From Sphaerochaetaceae bacterium (GTDB taxonomy: Bacteria > Spirochaetota > Spirochaetia > Sphaerochaetales > Sphaerochaetaceae): a DNA stretch of 64,000 bases. Each line of letters begins with the position of its first letter. Position 1 is the stretch's first letter. Both the position numbers and the translations under genes were made by a program. A model generated the notes under the pieces. It made no database searches and was not told where the DNA came from. It was given only the letters and a program-made list of their open reading frames with translations. This document shows, piece by piece, positions 28,690-37,534 of this stretch. Where the stretch lies: the NCBI GenBank assembly GCA_045616225.1, contig JAZLGI010000003.1, positions 749-64,748 on the forward strand, read 5' to 3'.

Positions 28690-30084
28690 TTGGAGTCCAT
28701 GTCAGAAAACAAAGAAGTAAACTACGCAGAATTATGGGTACAGACCCTTTCTCAAATCAAAGATTCTTTATCTGCCACAGAATATGAGTCTTGGTTTTCT
28801 CGACTTAATTTCGGATATGTACAAGAAGACAAAATTGTCCTTAATGTTCCTTCTTTATACTTTAGGGACAGATTCTCGGAAACATATAAAAGACTGATAG
28901 AAAAAACAATTTCCAACCTTTCACATAAAAATTTCAGAGTAGAATTTGAAATCAAGAAATCAACTGAAAAAAAGATATCTGAAGAAAAACCTGCAGAAAC
29001 AGTAAAGACAAAAGAAGAAAAGGAAATAAAGCCAAATACTATCCTTAATCCGGCATACACTTTTGATGCTTTTGTACCTGGTGACAACAGCAACTTCGCT
29101 TATAATGCTGCTTTAGCAATAGCTAAAAATCCAGGATCTACTTTTAATCCTTGTCTCATTTACGGTGGAGTAGGTTTGGGTAAAACCCATTTGATTCAAA
29201 GCATAGGAAACTACATTCTCAATGAAAATCCAAAGGCAAAAGTTCTTTACGTAACAGCAGAGAATTTTACCAACGAATTCATTCAAACATACGCATCTGC
29301 AGAAAACAGACAAAAGTTTAAAAACAAATATAGAAAAGCTTCTGTTCTTCTTGTTGATGATATTCATTTCCTCCAGAAAAAAGAGAGTGTTCAGGAAGAA
29401 TTGTTTAACACATTTAATGACCTCTATGATACGGAAAGACAGCTGGTATTTACCTGTGACAGACCAATTGAAGAGTTAAGGGATATTTCAGAAAGACTTA
29501 AAAGCAGATTTGAGAGAGGTTTGAATATTGATTTGCTTCCGCCTGATTATGAAACAAGAGTTGCAATATTAAACAAGAAATGCATGGATAAAAAGTTTAT
29601 TATAAGCAATGAAGTCATAAATTATATTGCGGAAAACATTTCCAGCAACGTAAGAGCTCTTGAATCTTGTCTTACAAGGCTCATAGCTTACAGTTCTCTT
29701 CTTCATAAGGAAATTACACTGGAAACTGCAAAAGAACAGCTTAAACAGATTATTTTTTCAAATTCAAATGATAATACGGGTATTTCAATAGACCAGATAA
29801 TAAGAGTAGTATCCGGATATTTCAAAGTTTCTCCTTATGACATTAAGGGAAAGGCTAAAAATCAATCTATTGTGTTTCCAAGACAAATTGCAATGTATCT
29901 TTGCAGAACATTAACAGATTATTCTACAACAGAAATAGGTGCCTCCTTTGAAGGAAAAAATCATTCAACAGTAATGTATAATGCTCAAAAAATAGAAAGT
30001 CTTATCAGAACTAACGAGAAAGACATAAATAATATAATTGACAGAATTACAAAACAAATCAAAAGTGAGCTTAAAAATAACTGA
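28690..30084 (+). CDS. dnaA: chromosomal replication initiator DnaA
   Basis: 464 aa from TTG at 28690; the alternative ATG at 28699 is preceded by GGAG. It shows Walker A GGVGLGKTHL and the C-terminal DNA-binding signature PRQIAMYLCRTLTDYSTTEIGASFEGKNHSTVMY. Confidence 0.97.
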   Translation: MESMSENKEVNYAELWVQTLSQIKDSLSATEYESWFSRLNFGYVQEDKIVLNVPSLYFRDRFSETYKRLIEKTISNLSHKNFRVEFEIKKSTEKKISEEKPAETVKTKEEKEIKPNTILNPAYTFDAFVPGDNSNFAYNAALAIAKNPGSTFNPCLIYGGVGLGKTHLIQSIGNYILNENPKAKVLYVTAENFTNEFIQTYASAENRQKFKNKYRKASVLLVDDIHFLQKKESVQEELFNTFNDLYDTERQLVFTCDRPIEELRDISERLKSRFERGLNIDLLPPDYETRVAILNKKCMDKKFIISNEVINYIAENISSNVRALESCLTRLIAYSSLLHKEITLETAKEQLKQIIFSNSNDNTGISIDQIIRVVSGYFKVSPYDIKGKAKNQSIVFPRQIAMYLCRTLTDYSTTEIGASFEGKNHSTVMYNAQKIESLIRTNEKDINNIIDRITKQIKSELKNN

Positions 30085-30286
30085 ACATTACTTGTCAGAA
30101 ACCTGTTGATAAACTTGTTAAATAAAAATATATGAAAAAACATTAACAAGTTATGCACAATTTGTCATTTTTTTATAGTCAAATATTATAAAGAATTACT
30201 AGGTTATGAACTGTTTTTATGATACTATTACTACTACTGATTAAAAATAAGTTACTAATAGAAGAAGTTGATAACGGGAGTTTATT
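30085..30286. promoter_or_regulatory. dnaA-dnaN spacer with a single consensus-type DnaA box
   Basis: TTATGCACA lies at 30151-30159 within ACAAGTTATGCACAA (30146-30160). The flanks are AT-rich. Confidence 0.45.
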
Positions 30287-31390
30287 ATGAAATTTATCTG
30301 TACAAAAGAATCTATATTAAAAGAAATTTCAAATGCCAATGATTTTACAGCTCAAAGAAATACTCTTTCTGTTTTAGCCTGTGTATGTCTTATTTTAAAC
30401 GACAACAGTCTTATCATAAAGGCAACAGACCAAAAAATGGGTTATGTTTCAGAAATTTCAGTTCAGGGTATTGAAAACGGTTCAATTACTGTAATGTGCG
30501 ATAAATTTTTGGATATTATTAAAAACCTTCCTAATAACGACATTATTTTTGAAGAAGAGGATGATAAATTAATAATTAAGCCTCAAGACGAATCTATGGA
30601 TTTTAAACTGAGAACAACAGATGCTTCTTCATTCCCTGTTATATCAATTCCTGAAGAAGGTGACTTTTTTTCAGTTCCGCAGAAAGATTTAACAGACATG
30701 ATTAATCAGGTAAGTTTTGCAGTAAGTGATGATGAATCAAAATTTGCCATGAACGGTGCTTTGTTTGAAAAAGACGGAAACGGAATCATTATGGTTGGCA
30801 CAGATGGAAGAAGACTTTCTTATATCAACAGAAAAATTGCAAATCCTATTCCTTCTTTTTCAAGTGCAACTATTCCTTCAAAATTCCTCGGAATTATCAG
30901 AAAACTTTCTGTTAATGAAGGTAGTTTTGACATTTGTGTAAGTTCGCTTTCTATTTTTATCAGATTTGGCAGTTGTACTATTTTTTCAAATCTTATTAAA
31001 AATGAATTTCCGGCTTATAGAAGAGTTATTCCTGAAAATCAAACAAAGACTTGTATTGTTAACATAAAAGCTCTTGAAGAGGCTTTAAAGCGTGTCTCAA
31101 TTCTTGCAGAAAGCAAGTACAAGAAAATTATCATTGAATTTGCAGAGAACGAGATGACTATCAGCTGTGAAGAAAACGACTTTGGTGCAGGAAAAGAATC
31201 TATAAAATGCAGTTATTACGGAGAGCCTCTTAAATGTGCTATGAATTATCTTTATCTGCTTAATCCAATTAAGGTTATGGAAGGTCAAGATGCAAAGATT
31301 TCATTCACAGAAAGTAGCAAACCGTTTACAGTTACATCTGCAGATGGCAGAGATTACCTTCATGTAATCATGCCAATGAATCTTAACTAA
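30287..31390 (+). CDS. dnaN: DNA polymerase III beta sliding clamp
   Basis: 367 aa, positioned directly after dnaA with a typical N-terminus (MKFICTKESILKEI). The stop overlaps the recF start as TAATG. Confidence 0.95.
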   Translation: MKFICTKESILKEISNANDFTAQRNTLSVLACVCLILNDNSLIIKATDQKMGYVSEISVQGIENGSITVMCDKFLDIIKNLPNNDIIFEEEDDKLIIKPQDESMDFKLRTTDASSFPVISIPEEGDFFSVPQKDLTDMINQVSFAVSDDESKFAMNGALFEKDGNGIIMVGTDGRRLSYINRKIANPIPSFSSATIPSKFLGIIRKLSVNEGSFDICVSSLSIFIRFGSCTIFSNLIKNEFPAYRRVIPENQTKTCIVNIKALEEALKRVSILAESKYKKIIIEFAENEMTISCEENDFGAGKESIKCSYYGEPLKCAMNYLYLLNPIKVMEGQDAKISFTESSKPFTVTSADGRDYLHVIMPMNLN

Positions 31391-32478
31391 TGAAAGTAAA
31401 TAAGCTCACATTCAGAGGTTTCAGAAATCTTACAGACTGTGAGCTGAATACAAAAGCAAAACAAATAATTCTCACAGGTGAAAACGGACAAGGAAAAACC
31501 AACCTTTTGGAATTGGTTTACATTCTTTGTTATGGTTCTTCTTTCAGAACACAAAACCTAAAAGATTGCATAAAATACAGTGAAAATCAGTTTTTATTGA
31601 AATGTGAATTTACAGATTCAGAAAATCTTTCCAGGGAAATAGAAATAGTTTTTTCGCAGACCGGAAAATCCATAAAACTTGACGAAAAGGAAATTCATGA
31701 CAGAAAAGAACTGATTTACTGTCTTCCTTGTATTGTTTTTTCTCATGATGATATTGAATTTGTGAGGGGAGAACCGGAAAACAGAAGAAGATTCTTTGAC
31801 CAAACAATGACAATGTATGACTCTCAATTTTTTGATCTTTTGAGAAAATACAAGTACATTCTCAGGCAAAGAAACGTTGCAATAAAAGAAAAACAGACAG
31901 AGATACTGAGTGTATTGGATGAAAAATTAGCAGAGTACGGTTTACTCCTCATGAAAGAAAGATCTGCAGTATGTTCATCATTTGATGCTATTTTTCCTGA
32001 TATTTACCGAGCAGTGTCCTTAGATGATAAAAACATAAAAATTACTTACAGACCATCCTGGAATCCTAATTTTTCTTTAGAAGATGTTAAAAAATATCTT
32101 TCTGAACAAAGAGAAACAGATTTGAAAATGGGTACTTCCACAAGTGGTCCTCATAGAGACAGATTTATAATCTCTGACCAAAACGGGCTTTTTGTAAACG
32201 GAGCTTCTACCGGTCAAATGAGACTGGCTTCTCTTGTCTTCAGAAGCGCTCAGGCTGCTTTTTACAGACAAAAAACGGGAATAGACCCTATTTTTCTTAT
32301 AGATGATGTTTTGTTGGAATTAGATCCTCAGAAGAGAGCTAGATACCTTACTTACCTAGGACATTATAATCAGGCTTTCTTTACTTTTTTGCCAGATGAA
32401 AAATACTTTTCTTCTTACGGTTTGGATTGTACCATGTACAATGTTGAAAAAGGAGAATTTCTTGCCTCATCCAAATGA
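31390..32478 (+). CDS. recF: DNA replication and repair protein RecF
   Basis: 362 aa with Walker A GENGQGKTNLLE, an SMC-like signature region, and Walker B IFLIDDV. Confidence 0.95.
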   Translation: MKVNKLTFRGFRNLTDCELNTKAKQIILTGENGQGKTNLLELVYILCYGSSFRTQNLKDCIKYSENQFLLKCEFTDSENLSREIEIVFSQTGKSIKLDEKEIHDRKELIYCLPCIVFSHDDIEFVRGEPENRRRFFDQTMTMYDSQFFDLLRKYKYILRQRNVAIKEKQTEILSVLDEKLAEYGLLLMKERSAVCSSFDAIFPDIYRAVSLDDKNIKITYRPSWNPNFSLEDVKKYLSEQRETDLKMGTSTSGPHRDRFIISDQNGLFVNGASTGQMRLASLVFRSAQAAFYRQKTGIDPIFLIDDVLLELDPQKRARYLTYLGHYNQAFFTFLPDEKYFSSYGLDCTMYNVEKGEFLASSK

Positions 32479-32803
32479 CAAAATTTACAACAGAATAGAA
32501 CCCGAAGATCCTGTTACATCTGCAGATTTCTTAAAACAGATTCTGGATAGATATCATATAGATTTCAATAATCCGGCAAGGCATATTATTTCACAATGGA
32601 AAGAACTGGCAGGTCCTGCCATAGGTAATTATTCTGAATGTGTTGGTTATTCAAAAGGAGTTATTGAGGTTGTCTGTAGCCATCCTGCTTACCTTCAATT
32701 GGTAAAAATGAGCAAAAAAGAAATCTTAAAAAATGTAAATTCTGTCTTTCCTGAGTTAAAAGTCACAGATATGAGAGTATCTGTAAAAACAACTGATACT
32801 TGA
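32441..32803 (+). CDS. DUF721 (DciA-like) protein
   Basis: It sits in the conserved position after recF, and the sequence W..LAGP.I...S....Y..G.IEV...HPAYLQ fits DUF721. The start is uncertain: ATG 32441, or TTG 32462 six nt after AAGGAG. The track start at 32396 would overlap recF by 83 nt. Confidence 0.7.
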   Translation: MLKKENFLPHPNDKIYNRIEPEDPVTSADFLKQILDRYHIDFNNPARHIISQWKELAGPAIGNYSECVGYSKGVIEVVCSHPAYLQLVKMSKKEILKNVNSVFPELKVTDMRVSVKTTDT

Positions 32804-32900
32804 CATAAAGAAAAATAACAGGTTAAACTCAGTTGCTTGAGTTGTAAAAACTTAGTTTATATGAAAATCCCGCGCAAGCGATAAAAAATGGAGATGCCGC

Positions 32901-33068
32901 ATGAGTTATAAAGGCAAGAGACCTTATCAGCCAAGTAAGGTTAAAAGAAACAGAAAATTTGGATTCAGAGCACGTATGGCAACAAAGGGTGGCCGTCTGG
33001 TATTAGCCAGAAGAAGAGCAAAAGGCAGACACAGTCTCACAGTTGCTGATGAGAAAAAGCCTTACTAA
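32901..33068 (+). CDS. rpmH: 50S ribosomal protein L34
   Basis: Hand translation gives [55 protein letters not shown] (55 aa), which carries the classic L34 motif. It is missing from the ORF track because it is shorter than 60 aa. Confidence 0.9.
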   Translation: MSYKGKRPYQPSKVKRNRKFGFRARMATKGGRLVLARRRAKGRHSLTVADEKKPY

Positions 33069-33402
33069 GAATCAAATACTCAGATTAAAGACAGATATTG
33101 ACAATACGTTCAAAGCAGGAAAAAGGGTCTCCCGTTCCTGCTTTAAGTTGTATGTGGCTAAAAATAATTTATCATTCAACAGACTTATTGTAATACCTGT
33201 GAGACACTATGGAAATTCAATCCAGAGAAATACAATCCGTAGACAGGTTAAGGAAATATTCAGAACCAATCAGGATAAATTAAAGACTGGATATGATTTT
33301 GCATTCGTCGTGTATCCTGGCAAATCTTTATCTTATGAAGAGAAAAAACAGACAATCATAACTCTGTATGAGCAAGCAGAAGTCTTAGAGGCTTCTGTTT
33401 AG
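33049..33402 (+). CDS. rnpA: ribonuclease P protein component
   Basis: It occupies the conserved rpmH-rnpA-yidC position, is basic, and contains the RNR-like block [18 protein letters not shown] 33049 (or TTG 33043) overlaps the rpmH 3' end. Confidence 0.85.
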   Translation: MRKSLTKNQILRLKTDIDNTFKAGKRVSRSCFKLYVAKNNLSFNRLIVIPVRHYGNSIQRNTIRRQVKEIFRTNQDKLKTGYDFAFVVYPGKSLSYEEKKQTIITLYEQAEVLEASV

Positions 33403-33443
33403 TTGTAAGAAGCCAGATACTACAAAAAAAACCGGAGAATTAT

Positions 33444-35228
33444 ATGGGTAAAGGTACATTAATTGCTGTTGCTGTTTGTTTAATAATACTTATTGTAGGA
33501 ACAATGTTTCAGACAAACAACGCTGCAGCTGTAAAGACTTCAGCAGAAGTAGTTGAAAATGTTCAGGATAATCCTGTCGTAAATTCTAATTCCTACTGTA
33601 AAGCAACAGTAGATTCTGCAAAAGCTGAAACATTTAAATACGAGACAGATTTATTTGAAATTGTTTTTGACACAAAGGGTGCAAGTATTAAGTCTTTGAC
33701 AATGAAAGAGCATGCCAATGCAGATGGAGAGCATGTAGATCTAATTTTCAAAGGAAAAGATGACCATAACGCATTCCTCACTTATTGGGGTGATGATTTA
33801 ACTCAACCTATTGACGATATTTTCGTTTATGAAGTAGCAGGTGATAAGGTTATCTTCAAAAAGTCCTATGTTGCAAACAACGGTACACCTTTTGATTTAA
33901 TTAAGACATTTGAATTCAGAGACGGTGAATATCTCTTTGCTGTTCATGTAGAAATAGAAGCTGCAAATGATCTTGGATTTGGAGATTATGAATACTCAAT
34001 TGGATTTGAACCGCAGGTTGGTCCGGAATTTGGAGTTCTGAAAAACAATAACTATGACTACAGGCGTATCTATGCAAATCTGATTAAAGACAACGGCAAG
34101 CTTAAAAAGTCTACAGTCAGCTATAAGGACGGAGAGTTCTATACAGTAAAACACATGAAGTGGTTTGCTCTTACAGGTAAGTATTTTGCAGCTGTAGCTC
34201 TTCCTGAAAATTCAGACAAGATAGCTTACAAATACACAGCACTTCAAGGACAAACAGATGAAGTTTCACAAACAAACAGCTTCTTTGTTTCTGTTCCTGA
34301 GAAAAACTCAACAATATACTTCTATTGCGGACCTCAGCTTAAGTCATATCTTAAGAGCTACTACAATGGTTCTGATAATGCTTGGGGCTTAAGGAATACA
34401 GAACTTGACAGAGTTCTTGAAGGTGGCAGTGCAATCAGTTGGCTTGAAAATATTCTCAAGTGGTGTTTGAAGATGATTCATAAAGTAGTTCCAAACTACG
34501 GTATTTGTATCATTATTCTTACAATTCTTCTTAAGTTTGCCCTTTGGCCTCTTACAAAGAAGAGTACAGAATCTACTTCCAAGATGTCTCAGCTTCAGCC
34601 ATTGGTTCAGGAAGTTCAGAAGAAATACCCTGATAATCCTCAAAAGCAAAATCTTGAAATGCAGGCTCTCTATAAAAAATATGGTGTAAGTCCTCTTGGA
34701 GGATGTCTTCCAATGCTTATTCAGTTCCCGATACTTATTGCTTTCTACGGACTTTTAAATAAGCACTTTGAACTTAGAGGAGCTATGTTTATTCCTGGAT
34801 GGATTCCGGATCTTTCTCTTCCTGATGTTGTTGCAACATTGGGATTCAGAATTCCTTTACTTGGAAACGAAATCCACCTTATGCCGCTTATTTACACAGT
34901 AAGTATGATTTATTCAATGAAGATTTCTCAAACAAGTCAGCCAAACAGTCAGCAGCAGTCTTCAATGAAATTCATGACTTACGGAATGCCTATAATGTTC
35001 TTCTTTATTCTTTACAGTGCTCCGTCAGGATTGTTTGTTTACTGGACATGCCAGAATATCCTTACCATTCTGCAGCAGATTACATCTAATAAGAAAATGA
35101 AGACAGTTGAACTTAAGCCTTTGGAAGCAAAAGATGCAGAAAAAGAACCGGAAGCTATCAGAAAGTATAAAGAAAAGCTTGCAAGACTTGAGGAAGAATC
35201 AAAGAAAAACAACAAGAAGGGAAAATAA
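33444..35228 (+). CDS. yidC: membrane protein insertase YidC
   Basis: 594 aa. It has an N-terminal anchor, a large periplasmic domain, and the conserved core NYGICIIILTILLKFALWPLTKKS...KMSQLQP. Confidence 0.92.
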   Translation: MGKGTLIAVAVCLIILIVGTMFQTNNAAAVKTSAEVVENVQDNPVVNSNSYCKATVDSAKAETFKYETDLFEIVFDTKGASIKSLTMKEHANADGEHVDLIFKGKDDHNAFLTYWGDDLTQPIDDIFVYEVAGDKVIFKKSYVANNGTPFDLIKTFEFRDGEYLFAVHVEIEAANDLGFGDYEYSIGFEPQVGPEFGVLKNNNYDYRRIYANLIKDNGKLKKSTVSYKDGEFYTVKHMKWFALTGKYFAAVALPENSDKIAYKYTALQGQTDEVSQTNSFFVSVPEKNSTIYFYCGPQLKSYLKSYYNGSDNAWGLRNTELDRVLEGGSAISWLENILKWCLKMIHKVVPNYGICIIILTILLKFALWPLTKKSTESTSKMSQLQPLVQEVQKKYPDNPQKQNLEMQALYKKYGVSPLGGCLPMLIQFPILIAFYGLLNKHFELRGAMFIPGWIPDLSLPDVVATLGFRIPLLGNEIHLMPLIYTVSMIYSMKISQTSQPNSQQQSSMKFMTYGMPIMFFFILYSAPSGLFVYWTCQNILTILQQITSNKKMKTVELKPLEAKDAEKEPEAIRKYKEKLARLEEESKKNNKKGK

Positions 35229-35923
35229 TGACAAGAGAATTTGAAGGTAAAACAGAACAAGATGCTATTAACAAAGCCATTGAAGAGCTTCATATTGAAA
35301 GAGAAGACTTTGATGTTGAAATCATTGATAATGGTAATAGAGGACTTTTCAAGAGAAGTAATGTCAAAATAAGAGTTCATATAGAAGGTGAGGAACTTTC
35401 TCAGGAAGAATCAGATTTGTCTTACGAAGAAGACGCAGAAGATGAGCCGGATCTTGAAGTTGATGAAAACTTTGAAAAAGAGGTTTGTGACTTCATTGAC
35501 GGTGTAATTAGTCACATGGGTTATGAGAGTAAGACTGTGGTTTCTTCAAGAAAGGGAAGAAAAGTCAACCTTAACATAGAAAGTGATTCTTCAAATATTA
35601 TCATAGGAAGAAAGGGTAAGAATCTTGATGCTATTCAGGTTCTTGCAAATGTATTTGCAGGAAAAACAGATTCTGAGAGAAAAATTATTGTTGATTCAGA
35701 AGGTTATAGAATACGTCATGAAGAGCAGATTATTCGTGAGGCATACAGAATTGCCCAGCAGGTAAAGAAGAGCGGACGTAGCCGTCTTTTGGAACCTATG
35801 AATCCTTACGAGAGAAGACTTGTGCATACAGCTCTCAATGACGTAACCGGAATTGAAACAAAGAGTGAAGGTGAAGGTCTCTATAAACAGGTAAGGATTA
35901 TAAGCAAACGTTCTTACCACTAA
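35228..35923 (+). CDS. jag: Jag/KhpB RNA-binding protein (Jag_N, KH, R3H)
   Basis: 231 aa immediately after yidC with a 1-nt overlap. The KH-like block is IIGRKGKNLDAIQ and the R3H block is ERRLVHTAL. Confidence 0.85.
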   Translation: MTREFEGKTEQDAINKAIEELHIEREDFDVEIIDNGNRGLFKRSNVKIRVHIEGEELSQEESDLSYEEDAEDEPDLEVDENFEKEVCDFIDGVISHMGYESKTVVSSRKGRKVNLNIESDSSNIIIGRKGKNLDAIQVLANVFAGKTDSERKIIVDSEGYRIRHEEQIIREAYRIAQQVKKSGRSRLLEPMNPYERRLVHTALNDVTGIETKSEGEGLYKQVRIISKRSYH

Positions 35924-35943
35924 TACATGACGAAAAAATAAAA

Positions 35944-35979
35944 AAGAGGTTGTTGCAAGTAATTAGCAACAGCCTCTTT
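35944..35979. terminator. bidirectional terminator hairpin between jag and the convergent ATPase gene
   Basis: AAGAGGTTGTTGC-(10 nt)-GCAACAGCCTCTT forms a 13-bp stem with one G-U position, flanked by an A-run and a T-rich stretch. Confidence 0.6.
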
Positions 35980-36009
35980 GCTTTTATAAAAGAACGTATT
36001 AGTTGTTTT

Positions 36010-37260
36010 TCAGCAAATAAGTGATACAGGACAGTACCAGGCAGATTCGTTAATTGGCATGAGTTTTTCGCAGCTGTCAATTACAAGCCCCGGTGCAATT
36101 TCCTTTTTATATATTTTGAGTGATGAAAAATTCTTTGTAGGATTTGAAGGGGATATTCCTTTTTTTATCTCAATAGGGTATATGGTATCGTTTTGTACAA
36201 ATAAAAGATCTATTTCTTTTTGTCCCATTGTCCTAAAGTAATATAAATTGTCCGGACTTGTTCCTGTTGCTGTAAAGCTTTTTACAATTTCACTGACAAC
36301 AAATGTTTCAAAAAAAGCACCTGCCATATTGCTTTTTTCCATCATTTCCGAAGTTGGCCACTTGCACAGATAAGAACAAAGACCGGTGTCCATGAAGTAG
36401 AGTTTAGGGCTTTTTATAATGCTTGTTGATGCATTTTTCATGTAAGGATGGAGCATGAAAACAATTCCGGAAGTTTCAAGAATGGACATCCATCTTTTAC
36501 AGGTTTTTACATCAATTCCAACATTTCTGGAAATATCATCCCAGTTAATTTCCTGAGCTGTTCTCATTGCACACAATGCAAGAAAATTTCTGAATTGAAA
36601 TTCAGATGTGGTGGAAATGAGAAGTTTAACATCCTTTTCAATGTAAGTGTTTACATAGGATTTAAAAAATAAATCTCGGTTGATTTTTGAACTTATGAGT
36701 TCAGGCATTCCACCGGTAAAAATTTCTTCAAAAAGCTCTAACCGGTTTCTGCTTTTTGGTCGTTGTTCCTGTTGTTTTCTTGTAAGTACTTCAATTCTAG
36801 GATTGAATTCTTGCCCCTGCCGCCTGTCTTTTTCGTTCATTGACAAGGAATACATATGAAGAACAGCAGTTCTTCCTGCTAGGGTTTCTACTGTTGATTT
36901 CATTAATTCAAGCTGGTTTGAACCTGTAAGAATGTACATAAGCGGAGCTTTTTGATTTTTTTTAAGGCACTCATATTTTTTTTCATCAATATTTATTTTT
37001 ATTTGACTGAGGAGTTGAGGTGCTTTCTGAATTTCATCAATTATCACAGGATATGGATGTACCTGTAAGAAAAGTTTTGGGTTTTGTTGAGCAAGGAACA
37101 GTTGTTCACTGTCATCCAGTGTTACTGTTTCTATTTCGTTTCCAAACAAATGTTTGACAGTAGTACTCTTACCAACCTGTCTTGCTCCGTAAATTGTTAT
37201 ACAACAAAAGGAATCAGCTGCTTCTTTGATTGTCTGCTCAATATTTCTCGGATAGTACAT
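36010..37260 (-). CDS. AAA+ ATPase with DUF4143-type C-terminal domain (AAA_14 family, unknown function)
   Basis: 416 aa with Walker A GARQVGKST and Walker B-like VIIDEIQK. The C-terminal region is typical of DUF4143 (GAFFETFVVSEI...YFRTMGQKEIDLL). Confidence 0.8.
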   Translation of the reverse strand: MYYPRNIEQTIKEAADSFCCITIYGARQVGKSTTVKHLFGNEIETVTLDDSEQLFLAQQNPKLFLQVHPYPVIIDEIQKAPQLLSQIKINIDEKKYECLKKNQKAPLMYILTGSNQLELMKSTVETLAGRTAVLHMYSLSMNEKDRRQGQEFNPRIEVLTRKQQEQRPKSRNRLELFEEIFTGGMPELISSKINRDLFFKSYVNTYIEKDVKLLISTTSEFQFRNFLALCAMRTAQEINWDDISRNVGIDVKTCKRWMSILETSGIVFMLHPYMKNASTSIIKSPKLYFMDTGLCSYLCKWPTSEMMEKSNMAGAFFETFVVSEIVKSFTATGTSPDNLYYFRTMGQKEIDLLFVQNDTIYPIEIKKGISPSNPTKNFSSLKIYKKEIAPGLVIDSCEKLMPINESAWYCPVSLIC

Positions 37261-37310
37261 ATTTTGTTTTTTTCCTTGGCTAAAATTTAGTTGATTGGAG
37301 CATAAAAATC

Positions 37311-37346
37311 AATATGAAAATGGGAGTCCACTCCCGTTTTCATATT
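37311..37346. promoter_or_regulatory. long near-perfect palindrome in a divergent promoter region
   Basis: AATATGAAAATGGGAGT-CC-ACTCCCGTTTTCATATT has 17-bp arms with one mismatch. No gene ends nearby, so a terminator role is unlikely. Confidence 0.5.
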
Positions 37347-37365
37347 AAAATCTGTCAAAAATTCC

Positions 37366-37434
37366 TGTTATGTTTTGTTATGATTTTTTTATTTTGTTAT
37401 TATTTGTTATGAATTGTTATTATCTGTTATGAAT
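37366..37434. repeat. helically phased TGTTAT repeats (20-bp unit TGTTAT-N4-TGTTATGAWT x3)
   Basis: TGTTAT starts at 37366, 37376, 37395, 37405, 37415 and 37425. The units at 37395-37414 and 37415-37434 are 19/20 identical. Confidence 0.6.
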
Positions 37435-37534
37435 TCTATCTTTAACAGAATTAACATTTGCAATTTGTTTTCAAACAATTCGGTAATATTCAATAAGTTC
37501 TCTTTTGTTGTCTGTTTATCTTTTAAATGCTAGT

